A DNA stretch of 33,514 nt from Gemmatimonadota bacterium (GTDB lineage: Bacteria > Gemmatimonadota > Gemmatimonadetes > JACCXV01 > JAHWKZ01). A program made the position numbers and the translations under genes. The stretch covers positions 1 to 33,514 of the forward strand of contig JBDHIC010000018.1 in NCBI GenBank assembly GCA_039589035.1, given 5' to 3'. Of this stretch, positions 18,404-27,724 are shown piece after piece (positions within the stretch are counted from its first letter, which is position 1; each line of letters starts with the position of its first letter). The notes beneath the pieces were generated by a model. That model searched no databases, was not told the DNA's origin, and saw only the letters and a program-made list of their open reading frames with translations.

Positions 18404-20830
18404 ATGCAGGAGTACGAAAAGCTCGGCGTCTTCTATCTGGGCCAGCTCTACGATCTGGGCGCGAAGGAGCGGTTGGATCCGCTGCTGCTCTACGATTCCC
18501 GCGATCTCGTCACGCATGCGGTGTGCGTAGGGATGACCGGGAGCGGCAAGACCGGCCTGTGCGTCGGGCTGCTCGAGGAAGCGGCGCTGGATGGGATACC
18601 GGCGATCGTCATCGATCCCAAGGGTGACCTCGGCAATCTGCTGCTTACGTTCCCAAAGCTTCGCGCCTCCGACTTTCGACCGTGGATCAACGAAGGAGAC
18701 GCCAGTCGGAAGGGTAAGACACCCGATGAGTACGCCGCCGCTCAGGCCCAGTTGTGGTCCAACGGGCTCGCCGGCTGGGGGCAGGATGGTGGGCGGATTC
18801 AGCGCTTGCGTGAAGCCGCTGATTTCACGATCTACACGCCGGGCAGCACCGCCGGCCGACCTTTGTCGATCCTCAAGTCGTTCGCCGCGCCCGACGCGTC
18901 GTTGCGCGACGACCCTGAACTGCTGGGCGACAAGATCGAGACCACCGTCACGGGGCTTCTGGGGTTGCTCGGCATCGAGGCCGACCCGATCCAGAGCCGC
19001 GAGCACATCCTGATCTCGACCATTCTGAAGGAGGCTTGGCAGGCCGGACGGAGCTTGGACTTGCCGGCGCTCATTCAAGCCATCCAGCAACCGCCGGTGA
19101 GCCGCATCGGCGTAATGGAGGTCGACTCGTTCTACCCCGCCAACGAGCGATACGAGCTGGCGCTCAAGCTGAACAACCTGATCGCTTCGCCTGGGTTCGA
19201 GAGCTGGCTGACCGGCGAGCCGCTAAGCATCGACAATCTCCTCTACACCGACGCGGGAAAACCCAGGGTCTCGATCGTTTCGATAGCGCACCTCAGCGAG
19301 CCCGAGCGGATGTTCTTTGTCTCGCTGCTGCTCAACGAAACGGTCGGGTGGATGCGCACCCAGTCGGGGACGACGAGCCTGCGAGCGTTGATCTATATGG
19401 ACGAGATCTTTGGCTACTTCCCACCGGTCGCCAACCCGCCGTCGAAGAAGCCGCTTCTGACGATGCTCAAGCAGGCCCGCGCATACGGTGTCGGTGTCGT
19501 GTTAGCAACGCAAAACCCGGTCGACCTCGACTACAAGGGGTTATCGAACACCGGCACGTGGTTTATCGGTCGTCTGCAGACCGAGCGTGACAAGGCTCGC
19601 GTGTTGGAAGGGTTGGAAGGTGCTTCGGCCGGTACCGGGGCGGCGTTCGACAAGAACGAGATGGACGAGACGCTGGCCGGACTAGGCAAACGAGTCTTCC
19701 TCATGAACGACGTTCATGACAGTGAACCGGCGGTGTTCCAAACTCGCTGGGTCATGTCGTACCTGCGGGGTCCGCTGACGCGCAATGAGATAAAGCGATT
19801 GATCGGTGACGTGGAGCCTGCCGTTGCTGAAATGAAGGCCCCCGCTCCCGCCGAGCCATCTGCACCGGCTGCGGCTTCGCGGCCCGTTCTGCCACCCAAA
19901 GTGCCCGAGCACTTCGTGCCCGTTCGGCAGCTCGCTCCCGCTGACGCCGAGCTCCATTACGATCCCACGCTGCTCTCTACAGCGCAGTACCGGTGCAGTA
20001 ACCGCAAGGCCGGGGTGAGCGTGACCGATGAGATCACCGTGCTCGTTCCGATGACCTCGGCGCCCATGGCGATCGATTGGAACGATGTCGCACGGGTCGA
20101 CATCGATGCCGGAGATCTCGGAACGGCACCTGAGGATGGCACCGTCTCATACGGCGAGGTGCCGGCAGCCGGCACCGACTCCAAGAGCTATACGGCGTGG
20201 AAGCGCGAGTGGAAGGATTGGGTCTATCGATCGCAGGCAATCAAGCTCTGGCACAGCCCGACGTTCAAGGACTACTCCGAGCCGGGGGAGAGCGAGCGCG
20301 ATTTTCGGATTCGGCTTCAGCAGCTGGCCCGCGAGCGGCGAGACGAAGAGAAGGAGAAGCTGACTAAGAAGTACACGCCGAAGATCGCGCGGATCGAAGA
20401 GCGAATCCGCAAGGCGCAACAGGCGGTCGCTCGCGAGGGAGAGCAATCGAAGCAACAAAAGCTCCAGACCGCGATCTCGGTTGGGACCACCGTGCTGGGC
20501 TCGATTCTGGGCCGAAAGACTTTGAGTCGCACCTCGCTCGGTCGGGCCACGACCGCCGCGCGTGGCGTAGGCCGCACGATGAAGGAGGCCGGCGACATCG
20601 GCCGTGCGAAGGAGACGGTCGCCGCCAAACAACAGGAGCTGGAAGAGCTCGACGCCGAATTCCGCGAAGAGATCGAAGCGCTCGAGGATAGGTTCGACCC
20701 GATGGCTGAGGAGCTCGAGGAGGTCGAAGTTCGGCCGCTCAAAAAAGATATCGCCGTCGGTCTAGTCAGCTTGGCCTGGGTTCCGTGCTGGGAGGACGCG
20801 CGGGGCAACCGCACCCCCGCATGGGAGTGA
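18404..20830 (+). CDS. HerA/FtsK-like (DUF87-type) ATPase with a long C-terminal coiled coil
   Basis: THAVCVGMTGSGKT Walker A, VIDPKGD, IYMDE Walker B and QARAYGVGVVLATQNP; E/K/R-rich helical tail. Confidence 0.88.
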   Translation: MQEYEKLGVFYLGQLYDLGAKERLDPLLLYDSRDLVTHAVCVGMTGSGKTGLCVGLLEEAALDGIPAIVIDPKGDLGNLLLTFPKLRASDFRPWINEGDASRKGKTPDEYAAAQAQLWSNGLAGWGQDGGRIQRLREAADFTIYTPGSTAGRPLSILKSFAAPDASLRDDPELLGDKIETTVTGLLGLLGIEADPIQSREHILISTILKEAWQAGRSLDLPALIQAIQQPPVSRIGVMEVDSFYPANERYELALKLNNLIASPGFESWLTGEPLSIDNLLYTDAGKPRVSIVSIAHLSEPERMFFVSLLLNETVGWMRTQSGTTSLRALIYMDEIFGYFPPVANPPSKKPLLTMLKQARAYGVGVVLATQNPVDLDYKGLSNTGTWFIGRLQTERDKARVLEGLEGASAGTGAAFDKNEMDETLAGLGKRVFLMNDVHDSEPAVFQTRWVMSYLRGPLTRNEIKRLIGDVEPAVAEMKAPAPAEPSAPAAASRPVLPPKVPEHFVPVRQLAPADAELHYDPTLLSTAQYRCSNRKAGVSVTDEITVLVPMTSAPMAIDWNDVARVDIDAGDLGTAPEDGTVSYGEVPAAGTDSKSYTAWKREWKDWVYRSQAIKLWHSPTFKDYSEPGESERDFRIRLQQLARERRDEEKEKLTKKYTPKIARIEERIRKAQQAVAREGEQSKQQKLQTAISVGTTVLGSILGRKTLSRTSLGRATTAARGVGRTMKEAGDIGRAKETVAAKQQELEELDAEFREEIEALEDRFDPMAEELEEVEVRPLKKDIAVGLVSLAWVPCWEDARGNRTPAWE

Positions 20831-21435
20831 GTCCGGCCGCGCGGGTAGCCGTCTTCGCCTCGGGTGGTGGCACGAACTTGGAGGCGTTGTTCGAAGCGCT
20901 GGAGGCTCACCCGGCTGCGGAGATCGCGTTGGTCGCTTCTGATCGCGACCGCGCGTTCGCGCTGGAGCGCGCGTCGCGCCGCGGCGTCGCTACCGCCATC
21001 GTGATCCACGACGACGGGGAATCGATTATCGAGTTGCTCGAAACGCACGCCATCGATTGGATCGTTCTCGCCGGTTATCTGCGCATCATCCCACCCGCCG
21101 TCGTCCAGCGCTATCGAGGCCGCATGCTCAACATCCATCCCGCGCTGCTGCCCAAGTTTGGTGGTGCCGGTATGTACGGGGAGCGAGTTCACGCTGCGGT
21201 GCTGGAGGCCGGCGAAACCGAGTCCGGTGCTACCGTTCACCTGGTGGATGAGCTTTACGATCACGGCCCGATCGTCGCTCAGCGAAGTGTGAGAGTGCAG
21301 CTCGACGACACGCCCGAGCGTCTCGCCGCCCGCGTGCTGGAGGTTGAGCACGAGTTGTTGCCCAAGGTCGTAATCGCCGCCGCCGAGGGCCGGATTCGGA
21401 CCGAGGGTGATCGGGCGTGGATCGTAGATGAGTAG
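20827..21435 (+). CDS. purN: Phosphoribosylglycinamide formyltransferase
   Basis: Motifs ASGGGTNL, LAGYLR, NIHPALLPKFGG, GATVHLVDELYDHGP and EHELL. GTGA overlap with the upstream stop; alternative ATG at 20821. Confidence 0.96.
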   Translation: MSPAARVAVFASGGGTNLEALFEALEAHPAAEIALVASDRDRAFALERASRRGVATAIVIHDDGESIIELLETHAIDWIVLAGYLRIIPPAVVQRYRGRMLNIHPALLPKFGGAGMYGERVHAAVLEAGETESGATVHLVDELYDHGPIVAQRSVRVQLDDTPERLAARVLEVEHELLPKVVIAAAEGRIRTEGDRAWIVDE

Positions 21436-22945
21436 CATCCGGCGCGCTCTGCTGTCGGTCTGGGACAAGACCGGCGTCGCCAGGACGCTTGAGGAGGCCG
21501 GGCTCGCAGTGACGTCGGTGGATCAGCTCACTCAAGCGCCGGAGTTCCTCGGGGGTCGGGTCAAAACCCTTCACCCGGCCGTTCACGGAGCGATCCTGGC
21601 GCGCCGCGACAGCGAAGCCGACATGGCCGACCTCGCCGCTCGTGGCATCGCGCCGATCGATCTAGTGGTCGTCAACCTCTACCCGTTTGGTGACGCCGAG
21701 ATGCTGGGCGCGACTGAAGAGGCGGCCCGCACCGAGCTGATCGATATCGGCGGCGTCACGTTGATCCGCGCGGCGGCGAAGAACTGGCGACACGTCACCG
21801 TTGTAACTGAGCCGTCGGATTACGAAGACCTGATCGTTCAGACGGCGGTCGAGGGGAAGATCGGGGTCACTACGCGGCGGCGATTGGCGGCCAAGGCGAT
21901 GCGGCTTACGGCTTGGTACGACAGCCAAATCGCGGTTTGGATGTCGGAGGACGAAGACGGTTGGCCCGAACGGTGGACGATCGGCGGGGAGCTCGTTGCC
22001 GAGCTCCGGTACGGCGAGAATCCGCATCAGGCGGCGGCGATCTACCGCGATCGACCGCCACGCCCGGCCGATCTGGCAGCGGTCGAGATCCTGCAAGGCA
22101 AAGCGCTCTCGTATAACAACTACATCGACGCGGAAGCCGCCCGGCGCGTAATCCGCGACTTGTACGCGCTCGATCCCGCGCGTGCCCACTGCGCGATCAT
22201 CAAGCATACGATCCCGTGTGGGGTGGCGAGCGCCGACACTTCTCTCGAAGCGTACACGCGGACTTTAGCCGCTGACCCGATCTCGGCCTTCGGCGGAATC
22301 GTCGCGCTCACGAGCCCGGTCGATGGCCCGTTGGCGAGCAAGCTGGCCGAGCATTTCCTTGAGGTCGTCTACGCCCCATCCTTCGAGCCCAAAGCATGCG
22401 AGGTGCTAGCCCGCAAGAAAAACCTGCGATTGTTGGCCGGACCGGTACCCGATTTCGACGAGACCGCCGGCGAGGTGCGGCGCGTTGGGGGTGGGCTTCT
22501 GTTCCAAGGACCCAACCTGACGTGGCTGCCAGCCGGTGCCGAGGTTGACGGTGAGCTCCACTGCCCAACCGCCGCTCAACCGACCGACGCTCAGTGGGAG
22601 GATCTCGTCTTTGCGTGGACGGTCTGTCGAGCGGTGGCTTCGAACGCCATCGTGCTCGCCAGGGAGTGCGCCACGATCGGGGTCGGCGGCGGCCAGACCA
22701 ATCGCGTCGGCGCGGTCGAGCTGGCGATCAAGTACGCTCGTCAGCTCGGCCATGAGACCGCCGGCGCGGTGCTCGCATCGGACGGTTTCTTTCCGTTTGC
22801 CGACAACATCGAAGTCGCCGCCGGGGCCGGTGTCTCCGCGATCATCCAGCCCGGCGGCTCACGCCGCGACGATGAAGTTATCCAGGCCGCCGACAGTGCG
22901 GGTATCTCTATGGTGCTCACCGGGATGCGACAGTTCCGACATTGA
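21428..22945 (+). CDS. purH: Bifunctional AICAR transformylase/IMP cyclohydrolase carrying an in-frame deletion of about 20 codons near the N-terminus
   Basis: Motifs GGRVKTLHP, IDIGG..LIRAAAKN, LRYGENPHQ, LSYNN, IKH, ASDGFFPF and QPGGS. DKTGV is joined directly to ARTL, so the conserved STGGT is missing. Confidence 0.93.
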   Translation: MSSIRRALLSVWDKTGVARTLEEAGLAVTSVDQLTQAPEFLGGRVKTLHPAVHGAILARRDSEADMADLAARGIAPIDLVVVNLYPFGDAEMLGATEEAARTELIDIGGVTLIRAAAKNWRHVTVVTEPSDYEDLIVQTAVEGKIGVTTRRRLAAKAMRLTAWYDSQIAVWMSEDEDGWPERWTIGGELVAELRYGENPHQAAAIYRDRPPRPADLAAVEILQGKALSYNNYIDAEAARRVIRDLYALDPARAHCAIIKHTIPCGVASADTSLEAYTRTLAADPISAFGGIVALTSPVDGPLASKLAEHFLEVVYAPSFEPKACEVLARKKNLRLLAGPVPDFDETAGEVRRVGGGLLFQGPNLTWLPAGAEVDGELHCPTAAQPTDAQWEDLVFAWTVCRAVASNAIVLARECATIGVGGGQTNRVGAVELAIKYARQLGHETAGAVLASDGFFPFADNIEVAAGAGVSAIIQPGGSRRDDEVIQAADSAGISMVLTGMRQFRH

Positions 22946-22979
22946 CCGTCGGATAGTCCGCCCCTAAGTTCACCCGCTG

Positions 22980-23237
22980 ATGGTCAAGACCAAAGCCCAA
23001 AAGCAAAAGCATCAATCCAAGGCCCGACCCAAGGGGCCCGCCCCGAAGGCCGCCCGGGCTGGGACGGGAGCGCCAGCGGTTGCATTCTCGCGTATCAACG
23101 CGATCTACTTGGGTGTCGGCGCCGTCGCGATCGGACTCGGGTTCTACCTCCTGGCGCAAGGCAGCATGGTGCTAGCGCCGATCCTGTTGGTCCTCGGCTA
23201 CTGCGTGCTTCTGCCGATCGGAATCATCAAGAAGTAG
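22980..23237 (+). CDS. Small two-TM membrane protein (DUF3098-like)
   Basis: Basic N-terminus, then FSRINAIYLGVGAVAIGLGFYLL and [19 protein letters not shown]. Confidence 0.7.
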   Translation: MVKTKAQKQKHQSKARPKGPAPKAARAGTGAPAVAFSRINAIYLGVGAVAIGLGFYLLAQGSMVLAPILLVLGYCVLLPIGIIKK

Positions 23238-24522
23238 TTCCCGTTAGATCTTCTAGCGGGCGCGGTATCGCGTCGGTCCCACGCGCAAAGATCCCCTCCC
23301 AGTCGATCTTTCCGGTCAGTTGCATGAGCATGAAGAGCGTCAGAACGGCTCCGATCGTGACCGTCAGGCCGGTGTACCCCTCGAAGAAGAAGGCGTAGCT
23401 GAACAGCACCAGGAAGACGAGCTGTGCGCCGCCAGCGTAGAACAGCGCCCGTCGCAACCCGCACACCAGTCGCAGATAGCTCACGACCAACGTGATCGAT
23501 ACGAAGGACGCCAACACGAACGCGATGTTGATGTCCAAATGATCGACCAGGTACGCCAAGAGCAGATGAAACGCGAAGAACCCCGCCGACAGGAAGAAGT
23601 AGTGCATAGGGTGGAGGTTGATGTGCCTGAGTGCGCCCAGCATGACCAGGACGGTGACAAAGAACAGCAACGAAACCGGCGCGAAGAACGTGATACGCGC
23701 GGTCAGCGGGCCGGGGTTCAACCGGTTCGGCAGGTCGACCCCGATGTGCTTGCCGCTCACCAGATTGTCAAACCGCCAGGCGAGCTTCCACCCCTGGTCG
23801 CGTTGCACCTTGGCGGTTGGTGACAGTGTGCCGGGCGGGAAATCGAAATCGCCGAAGTCGGTCGTCATCGTAAGCTCGAAATCCCGAACCGTCGAAACAC
23901 CGCCAACCGCGAAGTAGTAATTCCAGGTGTCCAAGCCGCGGGAGGTGTACCCGATCTCGACGTCAGCTTCTGCGCCCGGCTCCATCGCGGTCAGGATCCA
24001 GACGCCACGATCGAGCTGATCGGCGGGTGGCGCCTCTTGGCCGTTGACGCGGAACGAAAAGTCGTCGTATACCGAATCCGACGACGGAAACGTGAAGGCG
24101 ACCTTGACCGGTCCGGCGACGTCTTCGGACACCGTGAATCGGTAGCTGCCACGAAACTGGACGGTGTACGTGTCGTACCAGAGAAGGCCCTTGCGGCGAT
24201 GTTCGAGCGCCAGATCGGCTCTTACGCGACTGCGGACCAACGGGATCGAGATCGTTTCGCGGATCGTCTTTTCGACCTGGCGCTTTGTGACGCGTCCTTC
24301 CTCATCGGTTTCGATCACCTCCTCGGTCACCTGGCGCGGCAACTGATGCGAAACCGTGGGGGCGGCTTGGCGCTGAGCACCGCCCCAGAGCTGGGTCACA
24401 GCTTGCGAGAGCGCATAATCGGAGCTGCCGGTTCGGTGTACGACCGACGCGCCTAGCGCAAACCAGGCGAGGGCGGTGCAACCAAAGATGAATGCGACGG
24501 CGAACAAACGGCGAACGGTCAA
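23227..24522 (-). CDS. CreD-family inner membrane protein
   Basis: N-terminal [20 protein letters not shown], a large soluble domain, then about six TMs including [26 protein letters not shown] and [23 protein letters not shown] and TTGA coupling to uppS. Confidence 0.8.
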   Translation of the reverse strand: MTVRRLFAVAFIFGCTALAWFALGASVVHRTGSSDYALSQAVTQLWGGAQRQAAPTVSHQLPRQVTEEVIETDEEGRVTKRQVEKTIRETISIPLVRSRVRADLALEHRRKGLLWYDTYTVQFRGSYRFTVSEDVAGPVKVAFTFPSSDSVYDDFSFRVNGQEAPPADQLDRGVWILTAMEPGAEADVEIGYTSRGLDTWNYYFAVGGVSTVRDFELTMTTDFGDFDFPPGTLSPTAKVQRDQGWKLAWRFDNLVSGKHIGVDLPNRLNPGPLTARITFFAPVSLLFFVTVLVMLGALRHINLHPMHYFFLSAGFFAFHLLLAYLVDHLDINIAFVLASFVSITLVVSYLRLVCGLRRALFYAGGAQLVFLVLFSYAFFFEGYTGLTVTIGAVLTLFMLMQLTGKIDWEGIFARGTDAIPRPLEDLTGTTS

Positions 24523-25289
24523 CGGGTACCTCCTTGAGTCGCGTGAAGTGGCCTATGGGTTTGGTTATCGGTGGCTGCATTTGGCAATGCGCCAAACCGG
24601 CGCTCGCGAGCCTGGAAATCACCAACCGCCCCTTCCAAATCGGAACGCTGGAAGTCAGGCCACAGCACCGGCGTGAAGTGGAGCTCGGCGTAGGCGCACT
24701 CCCAGAGCAGGAAATCACTCAGCCGTTGCTCACCGCTGGTCCGAATCAGCAGGTCGACCGCGGGGACATCGGGAACCGAGTTGCTGGCAACCAGAAGCTC
24801 GCGCTCGAAATCGCGCTGCTGCGCATGACCGGCGGTCGGGAAGTGACGCACCGCCTCAGCGATCGCCCACCGGGACGAGTAATCGATCGCTATCCGTAGG
24901 AGCAGTCGAGAGCCTGTGGCGGTGGCTTTCTCGGCTCGCTTGATCGCGCGGAGAAGCTTGGGCTCGAGCCGATCGCGACGCCCGATGACGTTTAATCGGA
25001 CGCCATTCGCGCGAAAACGGTTGATCTCAGCGTCCAGATGACGCTCGAAGAGCTTCATCAGCGTTCGGACTTCTTCCGCCGGCCGGCGCCAGTTGTCGGC
25101 CGAAAAGGCATACAGCGTAAGGGTCCCGATGCCGAGCGACGGGGCAGATTCGACGACCCGCCGCACTGTGTCGACCCCGGCTAGATGTCCCGAGGTGCGG
25201 CCCAAGCCACGGCGCGCGGCCCAGCGGCCGTTACCATCCATGATCAGCGCGACGTGCAGTGCGGCAGGGTCATGCCAAGTACTTGGCAT
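24519..25289 (-). CDS. uppS: Cis-prenyltransferase (undecaprenyl/decaprenyl diphosphate synthase), probably a second copy
   Basis: Motifs [47 protein letters not shown] and RRFG. ATG 25289 is preferred over TTG 25307. Confidence 0.93.
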   Translation of the reverse strand: MPSTWHDPAALHVALIMDGNGRWAARRGLGRTSGHLAGVDTVRRVVESAPSLGIGTLTLYAFSADNWRRPAEEVRTLMKLFERHLDAEINRFRANGVRLNVIGRRDRLEPKLLRAIKRAEKATATGSRLLLRIAIDYSSRWAIAEAVRHFPTAGHAQQRDFERELLVASNSVPDVPAVDLLIRTSGEQRLSDFLLWECAYAELHFTPVLWPDFQRSDLEGAVGDFQARERRFGALPNAATDNQTHRPLHATQGGTR

Positions 25290-25297
25290 CACAAAGT
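25272..25297. promoter_or_regulatory. Palindrome and putative operator overlapping the uppS start
   Basis: Perfect 18-bp palindrome ATGCCAAGTACTTGGCAT (25272-25289). The overlapping 17-mer ACTTGGCATCACAAAGT (25281-25297) matches the promoter site at 26339-26355 at 14 of 17 positions. Confidence 0.7.
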
Positions 25298-25312
25298 TAA
25301 CAGACAAAAAAA

Positions 25313-25678
25313 CTACTCCTCTCGCATGGCGTGAATCAGCGTCTCCATATGATCGAGGTACCGCTCGAGAGCTCGGCGGCCTTTGGCGGTCAGTTGATAG
25401 ACCGTCCGTGGGACCCGTGCTTCGAACCGTTTACGGCAAGACACGTAGCCGGCATCCTCGAGCTTGCGCGCGTGAACGCTCAAGTTTCCGTCGCTGGTCT
25501 CCAACAGATCTCGAAGCTCGGTAAAGGACAATGACGGATTGACCGCCAGCGCGCTCAGGATTCCGAGACGTACGCGCTCGTAGACTAGCCGATCGAACTC
25601 GCCGGCCTTGGGATCCGCGAGATAGCCGGCGATGCCGCGCAATGTCTGTTGCTTGCGGCTTGCCTTCTTGTTTGCCAT
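25313..25678 (-). CDS. Winged helix-turn-helix transcriptional regulator (HTH_34-like)
   Basis: Motifs [45 protein letters not shown] and [15 protein letters not shown]. Confidence 0.9.
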   Translation of the reverse strand: MANKKASRKQQTLRGIAGYLADPKAGEFDRLVYERVRLGILSALAVNPSLSFTELRDLLETSDGNLSVHARKLEDAGYVSCRKRFEARVPRTVYQLTAKGRRALERYLDHMETLIHAMREE

Positions 25679-25685
25679 CGCCCGC

Positions 25686-26300
25686 TTAGCCCCCATAACG
25701 CCTCACGATCAACGCACCAAAGACGAGGTGCAAGCCACCGAAACCGATCGCCAGCAGCGGGTTCGCCCAACTGGCTGGTGCTGCCAATGCGATGAGACCC
25801 AAGACCATGAACGCGGCACCCATGATCGGCACCGATCGGACCGAGAACATGCCGCCGGTAACCACGCCAACACCGTATAGCAGCAACCATAACCCGGGAA
25901 TCGGGTCCACGATTTCAGCCCGATAGAGTGCGGCGGTCAGCGCGATGGCGGCGATCACCGGTGGCGCAAGTCCGAGAAGGAAGCGTCGACCGACACCACG
26001 CGACAACCGTTCACCCTGGTGCCTGGCCTTCTGGTGCATGAAAACGCCCCCGATCGTCGCCGCCAGTAGCGCATCCAGAACCCAGAGCGGGAGCCACTGG
26101 TCGGCGAGACCGGGGGAAGAGACGAGTGCGGCCGTTGCCAGAGCCGAGACACCCATTACGATCCCACCCCAACCGGGCACAGAGGTGAAAGCGCGCGACG
26201 ATTCCATCGTCTCGCGGATGTACTCGAGGTTGTCGATCGCCCTCGTGTGGAGGGCGACCGGCTCATTGGGCTCAGACCGCAGAGGCTCGGATGCCGACAT
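25686..26300 (-). CDS. Multi-pass membrane protein (about six TMs), partner of the wHTH regulator
   Basis: N-terminal helix ALHTRAIDNLEYIRETME, WLLLYG and C-terminal GFGGLHLVFG. The ATG at 26300 lies 7 nt after a -10 box. Confidence 0.82.
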   Translation of the reverse strand: MSASEPLRSEPNEPVALHTRAIDNLEYIRETMESSRAFTSVPGWGGIVMGVSALATAALVSSPGLADQWLPLWVLDALLAATIGGVFMHQKARHQGERLSRGVGRRFLLGLAPPVIAAIALTAALYRAEIVDPIPGLWLLLYGVGVVTGGMFSVRSVPIMGAAFMVLGLIALAAPASWANPLLAIGFGGLHLVFGALIVRRYGG

Positions 26301-26361
26301 GACCAGTAGCCTACCAGAATAATACTTTATTGTCAAGAACTTGATGATGCAAAGTGACTTT
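26301..26361 (-). promoter_or_regulatory. Sigma70 promoter (probably leaderless) with ACTT/AAGT operator repeats
   Basis: Minus strand: TTGACA (26336-26331), 17-nt spacer, TAGGCT (26313-26308), 7 nt, ATG, with no RBS. ACTTTGCATCATCAAGT (26355-26339) and further AAAGT/ACTTT half-sites flank the -35 box. Confidence 0.78.
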
Positions 26362-26547
26362 CTGTCCTCAGCGGACTGGGTCCTGGCCGACTCGATGCGG
26401 TTCGAAACTTGCAATTTGGGGACAATCAGATCCGACTAGGAACCGAGAAATCGTGCCCCGTGCCTGAGGATCAACGAGATTACATCGCATGGTCCGTTGC
26501 ACCCAGAGCGGAATACTAATCCTCGGACAAGGGGTTGCGTACACTAA

Positions 26548-27716
26548 ATGAAGACCAAGTATTCGATAATCGGGCTCGGCAAACTAGGCGCTAGCATGGC
26601 CGCTGGTATCGCCAGCCGTGGGTTTGAAGTGATCGGTGTAGACGTGAACGAGAATGCGGTGCGCTTGCTGAACGACGGCCACGCGCCGGCGCAGGAGACC
26701 GGGCTAGATGACCTGGTTGCAGCGAACAAAGAGCGGCTCAAGGGGACGATGAGCCATCGCGAGGCGGTACTTGGGTCGAACGTCTCGTTCGTGATCGTCC
26801 CCACGCCGAGCAATCAGGAGGGCATGACGAGCACCGTATTGCCGGGTGCGACACGCTATGGACTGCTGCCAGTACTGGAAGAAGCATCGGGGAAGAAGTG
26901 CGGTCCAGACTTTGGATTGTGCTACACGCCGGAGTTCATTGCCTTGGGAAGCGTGATCAGGGACTTCCTCAATCCGGATTTTACGCTGTTGGGGCAATTC
27001 GATGATCGCTGTGGAGAGAGGCTCGAAAAGTGCTTCGATGAGATCCTAGAGAGTCCGGCACCGTGCATGCGCATGAGTCTCGAGAATGCTGAACTGACAA
27101 AGCTGTGCGTCAATACTTACGTGACGACAAAGATCACGTTCGCCAACATGCTGGCCGAGATCTGCGAGATGATCCCGGGAGGCAACGTCGATGTGGTTTC
27201 GGACGCGCTGGGGCTCGACAAGCGAATCGGCCGGCGGTATCTCACCGGGGCACTGAGTCGAAACTGGCGGGTAAGTTCAACCCCGGAGACACCGTCGCCA
27301 TTCTGGGTCTGTCGTACAAGCCGTGGTCTCATATCGTAGAGGAGTCCCAGGCTGTTTATTTGGCCAAAGAGCTGTCGTCTGCAGGCGCACGCGTGGTTGG
27401 CTACGACCCGTTAGCGAACGACATGGCCCGTTCCGAGCTTCGCGACAAGGCGGTAATCGTTGATTCGATCGAAGACTGCGTTGCCGATGCCGACTGCATT
27501 CTGGTGTGCAATCCAGATCCAGAATTCAAGGCTCTGACGCCTGAGATGGCGCTGGGCGATAAGGGATCGGTCACGGTGGTCGACTTCTGGCGTTTCCTGA
27601 GATCGTCGCTCGAGGGTCATCCCGGTATCGATTACCGGGCGTACGGGACCAGCATCGACGACGATGCCAACGCCGAGGCGATGAAGGAGCTGTGGGGCGA
27701 GGGCGGCAACGCCTAG
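26548..27716 (+). pseudogene. UDP-glucose/GDP-mannose dehydrogenase family gene with two internal deletions, the second frameshifting
   Basis: IIGLGKLG, IVPTPS, STVLPG, PEFIALG, AELTKL and DKRIG are in one frame; AILGLSYKP...EESQ, YDP and VVDFWR are in another frame from about 27249. PTPS is only 6 residues from STVLPG, and the catalytic GxGGxCxPxD motif is absent. Confidence 0.88.
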
Positions 27717-27724
27717 GTGCGGTT

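Noticed and set aside
18404-20830. HerA-based anti-phage system
   Set aside because: No Sir2, NurA, DUF4297 or nuclease partner, and the gene is coupled to purine genes.
20317-21468. 383-aa minus-strand ORF, and similar long ORFs at 814-1527, 9249-10244 and 27713-28621
   Set aside because: They lie opposite well-supported genes and have no recognisable domains.
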